Origin: an uncultured Fusobacteriales bacterium
GTDB lineage: Bacteria; Fusobacteriota; Fusobacteriia; Fusobacteriales; Leptotrichiaceae
Direction: 5' to 3'
Assembly (NCBI GenBank): GCA_964469865.1
Contig: CAYYAV010000001.1
Span: 1 to 32,044 of the forward strand
Length of the DNA: 32,044 nt
Shown piece by piece: positions 18,979 to 27,462 of the stretch. The stretch's first letter is position 1; the number at the start of each line of letters is the position of its first letter. The position numbers and the translations under genes were made by a program. The notes below the pieces were generated by a model. That model searched no databases. It was not told where the DNA came from and saw nothing but the letters and a program-made list of their open reading frames with translations.

Positions 18979-19989
18979 ATGTATGATATTAAAGAAATAG
19001 CTGCATTGATAAAAGGTGAAATAAAAGGAAACGATAATTTGAGTTTTCTCAGATTATCACCTTTTTTTCATGCAACTGAAAATGAATTGACTTTTGCAGC
19101 AGATGAAAAAATGCTGAAAAATATAGATAAATGTAATGCAGGGGCAATAATTGTCCCCCCTCTGGAAGGGCTTCCCGGGAATAGGACATATATAGTAGCA
19201 GGGAATAATCCGAGGGAGCTTATGCCTATACTACTTAATTATTTCAAGCCAAGAATAAAACCTTTTGAAAAGCAGATAGAGGACTCGGCAGTTATCGATG
19301 AGACGGCTAATGTTTCAAGGATAAATACATATATAGGACATAATGTAAAAATAGGGAAAAATGTAGTTATATACCCTAATGTTTCCATATTTGAAGGATC
19401 TGAAATAGGAGATGGAACGATCATCTATTCCAATGTAACGATAAGGGAGTTTACTAAGATAGGTAAAAATTCTATCTTCCAGCCGGGTTCCGTTATAGGA
19501 TCTGATGGATTTGGATTTGTAAAAGTAGATGGAAACAATGTGAAAATAGAGCAGATAGGAAATGTAATAATAGAAGATGAAGTGGAAATCGGGGCGAACA
19601 GCTGTGTAGACAGGGGAACTATTGGAGATACCATCATCAGGAAGGGAACAAAGGTGGATAACCTTGTACACATTGCTCATAATGATATTGTAGGAGAAAA
19701 CTGTTTTATAGTGGCACAGACAGGAATATCCGGAAGCGTGGAAATAGGAGATAATACAACTCTGGCGGGTCAAGTAGGGGTAGCAGGGCACCTGAAAATA
19801 GGAAGCAATGTAGTAATTGCAGCCAGATCAGGAGTAACAAATGATGTTCCTGATGAAGTACGAATGTCCGGATATCCTTTAAGAGAACATATGGAAGATC
19901 TGAGAATAAAGATGGCTATGGGAAAGTTACCGGAGCTTTTAAAAAGAATTAAAAGGCTGGAAAAGAAGATAGATAACACAAATAATTAG
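18979..19989 (+). CDS. lpxD: UDP-3-O-acylglucosamine N-acyltransferase LpxD
   Basis: Start set at ATG 18979 (MYDIKEIAALIKGEI, AGGAAGGG 6 nt upstream). Left-handed beta-helix hexapeptide repeats and an LpxD-like N-terminal domain (LTFAADEKMLKNIDKCNAGAIIVP). Confidence 0.92.
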   Translation: MYDIKEIAALIKGEIKGNDNLSFLRLSPFFHATENELTFAADEKMLKNIDKCNAGAIIVPPLEGLPGNRTYIVAGNNPRELMPILLNYFKPRIKPFEKQIEDSAVIDETANVSRINTYIGHNVKIGKNVVIYPNVSIFEGSEIGDGTIIYSNVTIREFTKIGKNSIFQPGSVIGSDGFGFVKVDGNNVKIEQIGNVIIEDEVEIGANSCVDRGTIGDTIIRKGTKVDNLVHIAHNDIVGENCFIVAQTGISGSVEIGDNTTLAGQVGVAGHLKIGSNVVIAARSGVTNDVPDEVRMSGYPLREHMEDLRIKMAMGKLPELLKRIKRLEKKIDNTNN

Positions 19990-20008
19990 TAGACTTGCCA
20001 TTTATTTC

Positions 20009-20038
20009 TTGACTTGCTATTTTAAATAATGATAGAAT
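20009..20038 (+). promoter_or_regulatory. Candidate promoter with extended -10 for the lipoprotein gene
   Basis: TTGACT (20009-20014), 18-nt spacer ending in TGa, TAGAAT (20033-20038). Confidence 0.35.
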
Positions 20039-20075
20039 AAAACAAAGTAATATTAAAATAAGGATAGGAGTCAGT

Positions 20076-20804
20076 ATGAAGAAATTATTATTAGGAGTAT
20101 TATTTATAATTCTAATCGCATCATGTGGAACAAAGCCTGAAGCAGTTGTCACAAAATTTATAGATAACGTAAAGGAAAAGAAATTTGATGAAGCAAATAA
20201 ATATGCTTTAAACCAGGAACTTACTAATGATGTAAAATTACAGTATAATAATACATTTCAGCAGCTGCTGTTTGAAAAACTGTTTTCAAATATGAACTAT
20301 GAAATAGTGGGGACTGAAAAGCAGGATAAGGATATAACAGTAGTTACAGTATCTGTAGAAAATATAGATACTAAGAAGGTTTTTTTGGATTTATTTACTA
20401 AGATGTTCCAGAGTGCGTTTTCTGATAATGGGAAAAATCTTAATATAGAAGAAGAGTTTAAGGCTATGATGGAATCAGCAAATGTCCCTAAAGCAAAAAA
20501 TATGACCAAGTTTTATGTAGTAAAGACAAAAGAGGGAAATAAGATAGATGTGTCTGCAGAAAATGTAGATGTGCTATTCGGGAAGCTGATCAGTACCCTT
20601 TCTAATTTGGATAAATTAGGAGAAGAAGGTGATAAGGGGACAAATAATACAGAACCTTTAATACAGAACCTTCTGATAATGTCAGCAATACAGCGAATGA
20701 AAATAAGCCGGAAAATCAGAATGTCCAAAATAAAGAAAAAAAGGATGAAAAAAATCAGGGACCAAAAGCAGGAACAGATCAGAAGCTTACAGAACCTACA
20801 CTAA
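20076..20804 (+). CDS. Lipoprotein of unknown function (DUF4878-like N-terminal part); 3' tail frameshifted by a 14-bp duplication
   Basis: 242 aa. Lipobox ILIAS|C. AGGAG SD. The last ~50 aa (IQNLLIMSAIQRMKISRKIRMSKIKKKRMKK...) differ in composition from the rest of the protein and start exactly at the tandem duplication 20645-20672. Confidence 0.7.
   Translation: MKKLLLGVLFIILIASCGTKPEAVVTKFIDNVKEKKFDEANKYALNQELTNDVKLQYNNTFQQLLFEKLFSNMNYEIVGTEKQDKDITVVTVSVENIDTKKVFLDLFTKMFQSAFSDNGKNLNIEEEFKAMMESANVPKAKNMTKFYVVKTKEGNKIDVSAENVDVLFGKLISTLSNLDKLGEEGDKGTNNTEPLIQNLLIMSAIQRMKISRKIRMSKIKKKRMKKIRDQKQEQIRSLQNLH
20645..20672 (+). repeat. Perfect 14-bp tandem duplication (taatacagaacctt x2)
   Basis: 20645-20658 and 20659-20672 are identical. 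14 is not a multiple of 3, so the reading frame shifts. Confidence 0.95.
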
Positions 20805-20824
20805 ATAAAAAATAAAATAAATAC

Positions 20825-20868
20825 GGGCTGTATGAAAAATTAAGTATAATTTTAATATAGCCCCTTTT
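20825..20868 (+). terminator. Candidate intrinsic terminator after the lipoprotein gene
   Basis: gggctgtat (20825-20833) pairs with atatagccc (20855-20863) with one G-U. Inner aaaatt/aatttt pairing. Followed by CTTTT, a short U-run. Confidence 0.35.
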
Positions 20869-20888
20869 ACAATTTGAGGTGAAGTATT

Positions 20889-22295
20889 ATGGAAAGACAA
20901 TATGGAGATATGAAGCAGAATATGGAAGAAGCACTGAGATGCCTTGGATGCAAAGTTCCGGCGTGTGAAAAGGGATGTCCGGTTAATACGGAAATCAGGG
21001 ATATAATAAAAATGTATACTGATAATAAGATGCTTAATGCGGGAGATAAGCTTTTCAAAAATAATCCATTATCAATAGTCTGTTCCTTAGTATGTCCCCA
21101 TGAAAAGCAGTGTGAGGGGTCATGTGTATTGGCTAAAAGAGGAACAGGAGTAAGATTCGGGGTAATTGAAAATGAGATATCCTCAAAGTATATAGAAAGC
21201 TTGGATTTCAGGATACATAGGACAGAAAACAAAAGGTCCAAGGTAGCAATAATAGGCGGTGGACCTGCAGGGATTACCATAGCATTTACCTTAACATTTA
21301 AAGGATATGATGTGACTATATTTGAAATAAATCCTAAAATTGGTGGAGTTATGAGATATGGAATACCTGAATTCAGGCTCCCAAAGAAGATTATTGATAA
21401 ACTTGAAGAAAAACTGATAGAAATTGGTGTTAAAATAAGACCTAATATAGTAATCGGACCGACTCTTACTGTAGACAATCTGATTTCTGACGGATATGGG
21501 GCAGTATTTATTGGAACTGGAACATGGAATCCAAGAAAGCTGGGTATAAAAGGGGAAAGTCTTGGAAATGTCCATTTTGCTGTAGATTATCTGAGATCTC
21601 CTGACAACTTTCATGTAGGTAAGAAGGTCTATATAATAGGTGCAGGAAATGTTGCCGTAGATGTGGGGAGAACTATGCTTAGAAAAGGCGTGGAAAGCGT
21701 GACGCTTATAAATAGGGAAGGAGATGAAGGTATTACTGCAAATAAGAAGGAATTTGATGAAGGACAGTACGAAGGAATAAAAATATTGAACTATAAGACT
21801 CCTCTGGAGATAACCGATGAGGGACTGTTCCTTTCTAAAACAAAAATAATTGAAGATGAAGATGGGACAAAGACCTATACCTATGATGGAGATGACAGGG
21901 AATTTTATGAGGCAGATACGATAATTATTGCTATAAGTCAGGGACCGAGATCAAATATAGTCTCAAGGGACAAAGAAATAAAAGTGGATGACAGAGGGCT
22001 TATAGTGACAAGGGCAGACGGGAGTACTACAAAACCAGGAGTCTTTTCAGGAGGAGATGTCGTTACTGGGGCAAGGACAGTTGTGGAAGCCGTTAAAGGG
22101 GCAAAGAATATAGCTGAAAAGATGGATGAGTATCTGGCAGAAAAAGAGAGGGAAGAGCTTGAAAAAATTCTGATACAGGAAAATCCAGGTATAGTAGAAA
22201 ATATAAATGATAACAGGAAGAAAGGAATCCAGGATATAAAAAAGGAAAGCACGGAGATGAAAAATAGACTGGTTAAGGATGGAAATGGGAAATAA
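20889..22295 (+). CDS. GltD/NfnB-family NAD(P)H-dependent iron-sulfur flavoprotein (glutamate synthase small-subunit-like)
   Basis: 468 aa. N-terminal Cys clusters CLGCKVPACEKGCP and CPHEKQCEGSC, Rossmann motifs VAIIGGGPAGIT and VYIIGAGNVAVD, and GVFSGGD. GAGGTGA SD. No large-subunit or NfnA-like gene is adjacent. Confidence 0.85.
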   Translation: MERQYGDMKQNMEEALRCLGCKVPACEKGCPVNTEIRDIIKMYTDNKMLNAGDKLFKNNPLSIVCSLVCPHEKQCEGSCVLAKRGTGVRFGVIENEISSKYIESLDFRIHRTENKRSKVAIIGGGPAGITIAFTLTFKGYDVTIFEINPKIGGVMRYGIPEFRLPKKIIDKLEEKLIEIGVKIRPNIVIGPTLTVDNLISDGYGAVFIGTGTWNPRKLGIKGESLGNVHFAVDYLRSPDNFHVGKKVYIIGAGNVAVDVGRTMLRKGVESVTLINREGDEGITANKKEFDEGQYEGIKILNYKTPLEITDEGLFLSKTKIIEDEDGTKTYTYDGDDREFYEADTIIIAISQGPRSNIVSRDKEIKVDDRGLIVTRADGSTTKPGVFSGGDVVTGARTVVEAVKGAKNIAEKMDEYLAEKEREELEKILIQENPGIVENINDNRKKGIQDIKKESTEMKNRLVKDGNGK

Positions 22296-23229
22296 AGGGA
22301 AATTAGTAAGAGGAACAAGCAAGTGTGCAAGGTTTTTTGTATGCGAAACAACGGGAATTGTAAGGGAAGCTAAAAAGATTCATAATCTGGATCCTATACC
22401 GGCAATGATATTCGGAAATCTCCTTACGGGAACAGCAATGATTGGAAAAGACCTGAAAGGTGAAAATGACATAGTGACATTGAAGATAAACGGGAATGGA
22501 CCATATGGAACAATGCTGGCTACTGGAAATAAATACGGAGAAGTAAAGGGATATATGAATGTATCTGAAGATAAGCTTAAACTCATAATCGATGAAGATG
22601 GAAACTTTAAGACAGATGAAACAGGGCAGATAAGATTCATAGGAAACGGAACATTCCAGATTATAAAGGATCTGGGTCTGAAAGAGCCTTTTTCAGGAAT
22701 GACTGGACTTGAAGAAGAGGATATGGGAGAAATACTGGCTGGCTATTTTTTATTGTCAGATCAGATAAAATCTGTAGTTTCGCTGGGAGTAAAACTGGAT
22801 GAAGACGGAGAAGTTGTAAAAGCAGGAGGATATATAATCCAGCTACTTCCAGGAGTAGAAGAGGGATTTATTACAAAACTGGAAAATAAACTAAAACAGA
22901 TAAGAGGAATAACAGAGCTTCTAAAAGGAGGACTATCACTTATCCAGATAGTAGAACTTCTCTATGAAGATATAACTGTAGTTGAAGATGAAGCTTCTAT
23001 GGAAGGAGCTCATGTGAAGACCTATGTAGAAGATTTTGAAATACTGGAAGAAGCTGATATTGAGTATAAGTGCAGATGCAGTAAGGAAAAATATCTTAAT
23101 GGAGTAATAACTCTAGGAAAAGAAGAAATAGAAAATATACTTGAAAATGATGGTAAAATTGAAGTAGAATGCCATTTCTGTGGAAAAAGGTATGAATTTA
23201 CAGAAGAAGACTTTAACGGGTTATTTTAA
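22279..23229 (+). CDS. hslO: Redox-regulated chaperone Hsp33
   Basis: 316 aa. C-terminal zinc-centre motifs CRCSKEK ... CHFCGKRY. The start may instead be ATG 22285 (AAGGA 5 nt upstream). Overlaps the upstream gene by 17 nt (11 nt with the alternative start). Confidence 0.9.
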   Translation: MEMGNKGKLVRGTSKCARFFVCETTGIVREAKKIHNLDPIPAMIFGNLLTGTAMIGKDLKGENDIVTLKINGNGPYGTMLATGNKYGEVKGYMNVSEDKLKLIIDEDGNFKTDETGQIRFIGNGTFQIIKDLGLKEPFSGMTGLEEEDMGEILAGYFLLSDQIKSVVSLGVKLDEDGEVVKAGGYIIQLLPGVEEGFITKLENKLKQIRGITELLKGGLSLIQIVELLYEDITVVEDEASMEGAHVKTYVEDFEILEEADIEYKCRCSKEKYLNGVITLGKEEIENILENDGKIEVECHFCGKRYEFTEEDFNGLF

Positions 23230-23304
23230 ATATATACGAAATAACCGAGAGAATTGAAATATTTGAAAGTATATGAATTTAAATATGATAAGGAAAAGAG
23301 GAAT

Positions 23305-24234
23305 ATGATGTCAAAATTAAGAATAGGTGTGATAAGAGGTGGAATTTCCACAGAAAGAGAAGTTTCTTTAGCAACAGGAAATGAAATAGTGAATAATCTT
23401 AATAAAGATAAATATGAAGTATTTGATATTGTCATAGACAGTGAAAAGGAAGTGTATGAAAAGCTCATAGATCTGAACTTGGATTTTGTTTACATAGCCT
23501 TGCATGGAATATTCGGTGAAGACGGGAGAATTCAGGCAATACTTGAAAGCTTGGGCATAAAGTATAGCGGTTCAGGAGTTATGACAAGTGCAGTATGTAT
23601 GGATAAGGAAATGACAAAAAGAATAGTTTCTGGTTATGGTGTGAGAGTGGCAGAAGGGATAAGCGTAAGAAAAGGAGAAAGTATAGATTTTAATACAATA
23701 AAGAAAAAACTTGGAGATAAGGCAGTAGTAAAACCGAATAACGGAGGATCCAGTATAGGCGTAAGTTTTATAGCGAGCCAGAATGAGCTGGATAAGGCTC
23801 TTGAACTGGTATTCAGTATGGATAAGGAAGCTCTGATAGAGGAAGTACTTGAAGGAGTGGAAATAAGCGTTCCCGTAATAGGTGGGAAAGTATATCCGAC
23901 CTTGAAAATAGAAGCAGTAGCAGGAGAATATTTTGATTATGAATCAAAATATTCAAAAGGAGGAGCCAGAGAATTCGTATTTGAATTTGATAATGAAATA
24001 CAGGATGAAATAAATAAATTTGCAGCTGACAGTTATTATGCAATGAAATGTGAAGGGTTTTCAAGAATAGACTTTATGGTGGTTGACGGGACTATACCAT
24101 ATTTCATGGAAGTAAATACATTACCAGGAATGACTGCTGCAAGCCTTCTGCCAAAAAGTACGGCATCCAGGGGATACAGTTATTCAGAAACATTGGATTT
24201 ACTCATAGAATCTTCGCTTAATAAAGAAAAATAA
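23305..24234 (+). CDS. ddl: D-alanine--D-alanine ligase
   Basis: Start set at ATG 23305/23308 (MMSKLRIGVIRGGISTEREVSL, AGAGGA SD). ATP-grasp motifs KPNNGGSSIGV and EVNTLPGMT. The ORF-track extension from 23254 is rejected. Confidence 0.92.
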   Translation: MMSKLRIGVIRGGISTEREVSLATGNEIVNNLNKDKYEVFDIVIDSEKEVYEKLIDLNLDFVYIALHGIFGEDGRIQAILESLGIKYSGSGVMTSAVCMDKEMTKRIVSGYGVRVAEGISVRKGESIDFNTIKKKLGDKAVVKPNNGGSSIGVSFIASQNELDKALELVFSMDKEALIEEVLEGVEISVPVIGGKVYPTLKIEAVAGEYFDYESKYSKGGAREFVFEFDNEIQDEINKFAADSYYAMKCEGFSRIDFMVVDGTIPYFMEVNTLPGMTAASLLPKSTASRGYSYSETLDLLIESSLNKEK

Positions 24235-24273
24235 TCAGAATCCCAATAGAATAAGTGATAGGAGAAAATTAGA

Positions 24274-24753
24274 ATGGAAAGAATAGCAAGTTTTCAAGTA
24301 GACCATATAAAATTAAAAAGAGGTATCTATGTATCAAGGGTTGACGAAATAAACGGAAATTACCTGACAAGTTTCGATATAAGAATGAAACTGCCTAACA
24401 GGGAACCTGTTATAAATATAGCTGAACTTCATACAATGGAACATCTTGGAGCTACATTTTTGAGGAATCATCCTGTCTGGAAAGATAAGGTTGTATATTT
24501 CGGGCCTATGGGCTGCAGGACAGGATTTTATGTTATTTTAAAAGGAAAGCTGGAGTCAAGGGAAATAGTTGACCTGATTAAGGAAACATATAAATTCATG
24601 TCTGAATTTGAAGGAGATATACCTGGGGCGACTGCCATTGAATGTGGAAATTTTCTGGATCAGAATTTACCGATGGCAAGATATGAAGCTAGAAGATATC
24701 TTGAAGAGACACTGAACAATCTGAAAGAAGAAAATCTGAAATATCCTAAGTAA
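24274..24753 (+). CDS. luxS: S-ribosylhomocysteine lyase (autoinducer-2 synthase)
   Basis: 159 aa. Metal-binding HTMEH motif and GPMGCRTGFY. Confidence 0.95.
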   Translation: MERIASFQVDHIKLKRGIYVSRVDEINGNYLTSFDIRMKLPNREPVINIAELHTMEHLGATFLRNHPVWKDKVVYFGPMGCRTGFYVILKGKLESREIVDLIKETYKFMSEFEGDIPGATAIECGNFLDQNLPMARYEARRYLEETLNNLKEENLKYPK

Positions 24754-24805
24754 TAGTAAAAATAAACTTTATAATAAGCGGACAAAGAATAGAAGAGGTT
24801 ATAAA

Positions 24806-25570
24806 ATGTCAAAAATAATAGATACACATACCCATATATATGATAAACAGTTTGATGAAGATTTTGACAGGGTGATGAAAGATATAGAAGAGAAAATGGA
24901 AGGAATAGTAAGTATAGGATTTGATCTTGAAAGTTCTTTCAAAAGTGTCGAATTAGCTCATAAATATCCTTTTATTTACGCTGTTGTAGGAATTCATCCT
25001 GTAGATATAAGAAAATATGACAGAGATACTGAGAAAGAACTGGAAAGGCTAGCCCTTACAGAACATAAAGTTGTAGCAATAGGGGAAATAGGTCTTGATT
25101 ATCACTGGATGGAAGATCCTAAAGACGTGCAGGCCGAAGGATTCAGGAAACAGATGAGGCTTGCGGAAAAAGTAGGGAAGCCTGTAGTAATCCATACAAG
25201 AGAAGCATTACAGGACACTCTTGATATACTTGAGGAATTTCATAATGTGGGAGGGATTCTCCACTGTTATCCAGGGTCCTATGAATCAGCAAAACCTTTT
25301 CTGGACAGATATTATGTAGGGGTAGGAGGGACACTCACTTTCAAGAATAACAGAAAGACTAAGGAACTGGTTTCCATGATTTCAATGGATAGGCTGGTAA
25401 TAGAAACGGACTGCCCCTATCTGACGCCTGTTCCTTTCAGAGGGAAAAGGAATGAGCCGGTCTACACGGAATATGTAGCAGAAGAAATAGCAAGAATTAA
25501 GGAAATTCCTGTAGAAGAGGTGATAAGAAAAACAACAGAAAATGCAAGAAAGATATATGGGATAAAATGA
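24806..25570 (+). CDS. tatD: TatD-family metal-dependent hydrolase/DNase
   Basis: 254 aa. IDTHTHI, EIGLDYHW, VVIHTREA and ETDCPYLTP motifs. Confidence 0.92.
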   Translation: MSKIIDTHTHIYDKQFDEDFDRVMKDIEEKMEGIVSIGFDLESSFKSVELAHKYPFIYAVVGIHPVDIRKYDRDTEKELERLALTEHKVVAIGEIGLDYHWMEDPKDVQAEGFRKQMRLAEKVGKPVVIHTREALQDTLDILEEFHNVGGILHCYPGSYESAKPFLDRYYVGVGGTLTFKNNRKTKELVSMISMDRLVIETDCPYLTPVPFRGKRNEPVYTEYVAEEIARIKEIPVEEVIRKTTENARKIYGIK

Positions 25571-25595
25571 AGATTTTCATTAACGGAGGAAGATC

Positions 25596-25964
25596 ATGGA
25601 AATATACGGGATAGGGACTGATATAATTGAAATAGACAGGATAAGAGAAGCTATATCCAGAACATCATCTTTTAAACGAAAAGTTTATACAGAAAGGGAA
25701 ATAGAATATATAGAAAAGAAAGGAAACCCTTTTGCCAGTTTTGCAGGAAGATTTGCGGCAAAAGAAGCAGTGTCTAAAGCCCTGGGAACAGGAGTAAGAG
25801 GTTTTTCCTTAAATGATATAGAAATAATGAATGACAAACTGGGAAAACCCGTAGTATATCTATATAATGAAATAAAAGAAGCAGCAAAAGATCTGAAAAT
25901 CCATTTAAGTATATCTCATAGCAGGGAATATGCAGTTTCTACAGTTATAATCTACAGAGGATAG
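25596..25964 (+). CDS. acpS: Holo-[acyl-carrier-protein] synthase
   Basis: 122 aa. GIGTDIIEIDRI start, FAAKEAVSKALG and LSISHSREYA. Confidence 0.92.
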   Translation: MEIYGIGTDIIEIDRIREAISRTSSFKRKVYTEREIEYIEKKGNPFASFAGRFAAKEAVSKALGTGVRGFSLNDIEIMNDKLGKPVVYLYNEIKEAAKDLKIHLSISHSREYAVSTVIIYRG

Positions 25965-25974
25965 GAGAAAAATA

Positions 25975-27264
25975 ATGAAATTAGATTTTACTGAAATCAG
26001 GAATACAGGAACCTTAAAATATATCTGGAAGAGAATATTATTACTGATTTTTATAACAGTGTCAATAGCTGTAACAGGAAACCCTTCTTTTTCAGTAGAC
26101 AAGGTCAGGATAGAATATTTTGGAAGGGAAGACTGTAAGAACTGTTCCAATCTAAAGAAGTTCCTTAATGAACTTTCAGAAAAGAGAAATGATTTTGAAG
26201 TGACTGAATTTGAAATAGATAAAGATTCTGACGCTAAAAAATTTTTTGATGAGGTGACAGATAAGTTAAAGCTTGTCAAAGGGACGCCGGTAATCTATGT
26301 AAATGAACGTATAATACAGGGTTTCAATACGTCTGATACTACAGGCAAGGAAATTATAAAAGAAATTGAATCCGGGAAAGTGAAGGAGAGTATACTTACA
26401 CTGTCAGAATTTATAGAAAAGGGAGATTTTGCCAATGTAGCTAAGGACGGAGCCGTATGTGAGATCGGAGGAGTATGTGAACTTCCAGAAGCTCTGCAGT
26501 ACAAGGACAGGCAGGTACTTGTAAACATACCATTCATAAATAGGACTGTGGATCTCACAAATTATTCATTGCCGCTGATGGCAGGGATATTAGGAACAAT
26601 TGATGGTTTCAATCCATGTGCCATGTGGGTACTTATACTGTTTCTTACTGCACTTATTGCAGTAGGGAATAAAGGCAAAATGTTCAGAGTAGCCGGACTT
26701 TTCATATTGGCAGAAGCTGTCATGTATTATCTTATATTGACTGCATGGCTTTATACATGGGATTTTGTAGGACTTGATAAATGGGTTACTCCCATTGTAG
26801 GTCTCGTAGGAGTGGCCGGAGGTTTTTTCTTCATAAGGAACTACTTTAAGGCCGGAGATACTCTGGAATGTGAAGTTACGGACTTCAAGAAGAGAGCTGA
26901 AATTTCAAAGAAGATAAGGGATATCGCCAATAAACCTTTTACTTTCCTGACAGCCCTTGGAATAATCGGACTGGCATTATCTGTAAATGTCATAGAATTT
27001 GCATGTTCTGTAGGAATACCCCAGACTTTTACTAAAATACTTCAGATAAATAACATTTCCTTTTTCCAGAGACAGATTTATACGTTTATCTATATATTCG
27101 GGTATATGATTGATGATTTCCTTGTATTTGGATTGGCTCTGTTTAGCGTTGAGAAGCTGCAGCTTACAACAAAATACTCTAAATGGATGAACTTATTTGG
27201 TGGAATATTGATGATAATACTGGGCGTAATAATGATTTTTAAGCCGGGATTGCTGGTATTGTAG
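25975..27264 (+). CDS. Membrane thiol-disulfide oxidoreductase-like fusion: N-terminal anchor, glutaredoxin/thioredoxin-like domain (CKNC), and DsbD/CcdA-like polytopic domain
   Basis: 429 aa. TM anchor ILLLIFITVSIAV, Grx-like segment IEYFGREDCKNCSNLKKF...GTPVIYVNERIIQGF, then ~6 predicted TM segments with Cys in GFNPCAMWVL and EFACSVGIPQ. Confidence 0.65.
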   Translation: MKLDFTEIRNTGTLKYIWKRILLLIFITVSIAVTGNPSFSVDKVRIEYFGREDCKNCSNLKKFLNELSEKRNDFEVTEFEIDKDSDAKKFFDEVTDKLKLVKGTPVIYVNERIIQGFNTSDTTGKEIIKEIESGKVKESILTLSEFIEKGDFANVAKDGAVCEIGGVCELPEALQYKDRQVLVNIPFINRTVDLTNYSLPLMAGILGTIDGFNPCAMWVLILFLTALIAVGNKGKMFRVAGLFILAEAVMYYLILTAWLYTWDFVGLDKWVTPIVGLVGVAGGFFFIRNYFKAGDTLECEVTDFKKRAEISKKIRDIANKPFTFLTALGIIGLALSVNVIEFACSVGIPQTFTKILQINNISFFQRQIYTFIYIFGYMIDDFLVFGLALFSVEKLQLTTKYSKWMNLFGGILMIILGVIMIFKPGLLVL

Positions 27265-27325
27265 AATAATTTTTATTTTTTTGAAAAGGATCTATAATAT
27301 CTATGAAAATGAAAAATATAAGATA

Positions 27326-27365
27326 AGCTGTCTCAAAAATATTAGAGACAGCTGATTTTTTATTT
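27326..27365 (+). terminator. Rho-independent terminator of the plus-strand housekeeping block
   Basis: 9-bp perfect stem agctgtctc (27326-27334) / gagacagct (27345-27353), 10-nt loop, followed by gATTTTTTATTT. Confidence 0.75.
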
Positions 27366-27377
27366 AAAGAAAAGGTA

Positions 27378-27405
27378 TTGACAAAATTGAAAATTATGTT
27401 AAAAT
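27378..27405 (+). promoter_or_regulatory. Near-consensus sigma70 promoter with extended -10, upstream of the haemagglutinin-like ORF
   Basis: TTGACA (27378-27383), 16-nt spacer ending in TGt (27397-27399), TAAAAT (27400-27405). About 57 nt upstream of ATG 27463. Confidence 0.45.
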
Positions 27406-27462
27406 TAAATTGAAAAAATTTACTAAGCAAATACCAAGAATTTTAAAATAATCATATAGAAT

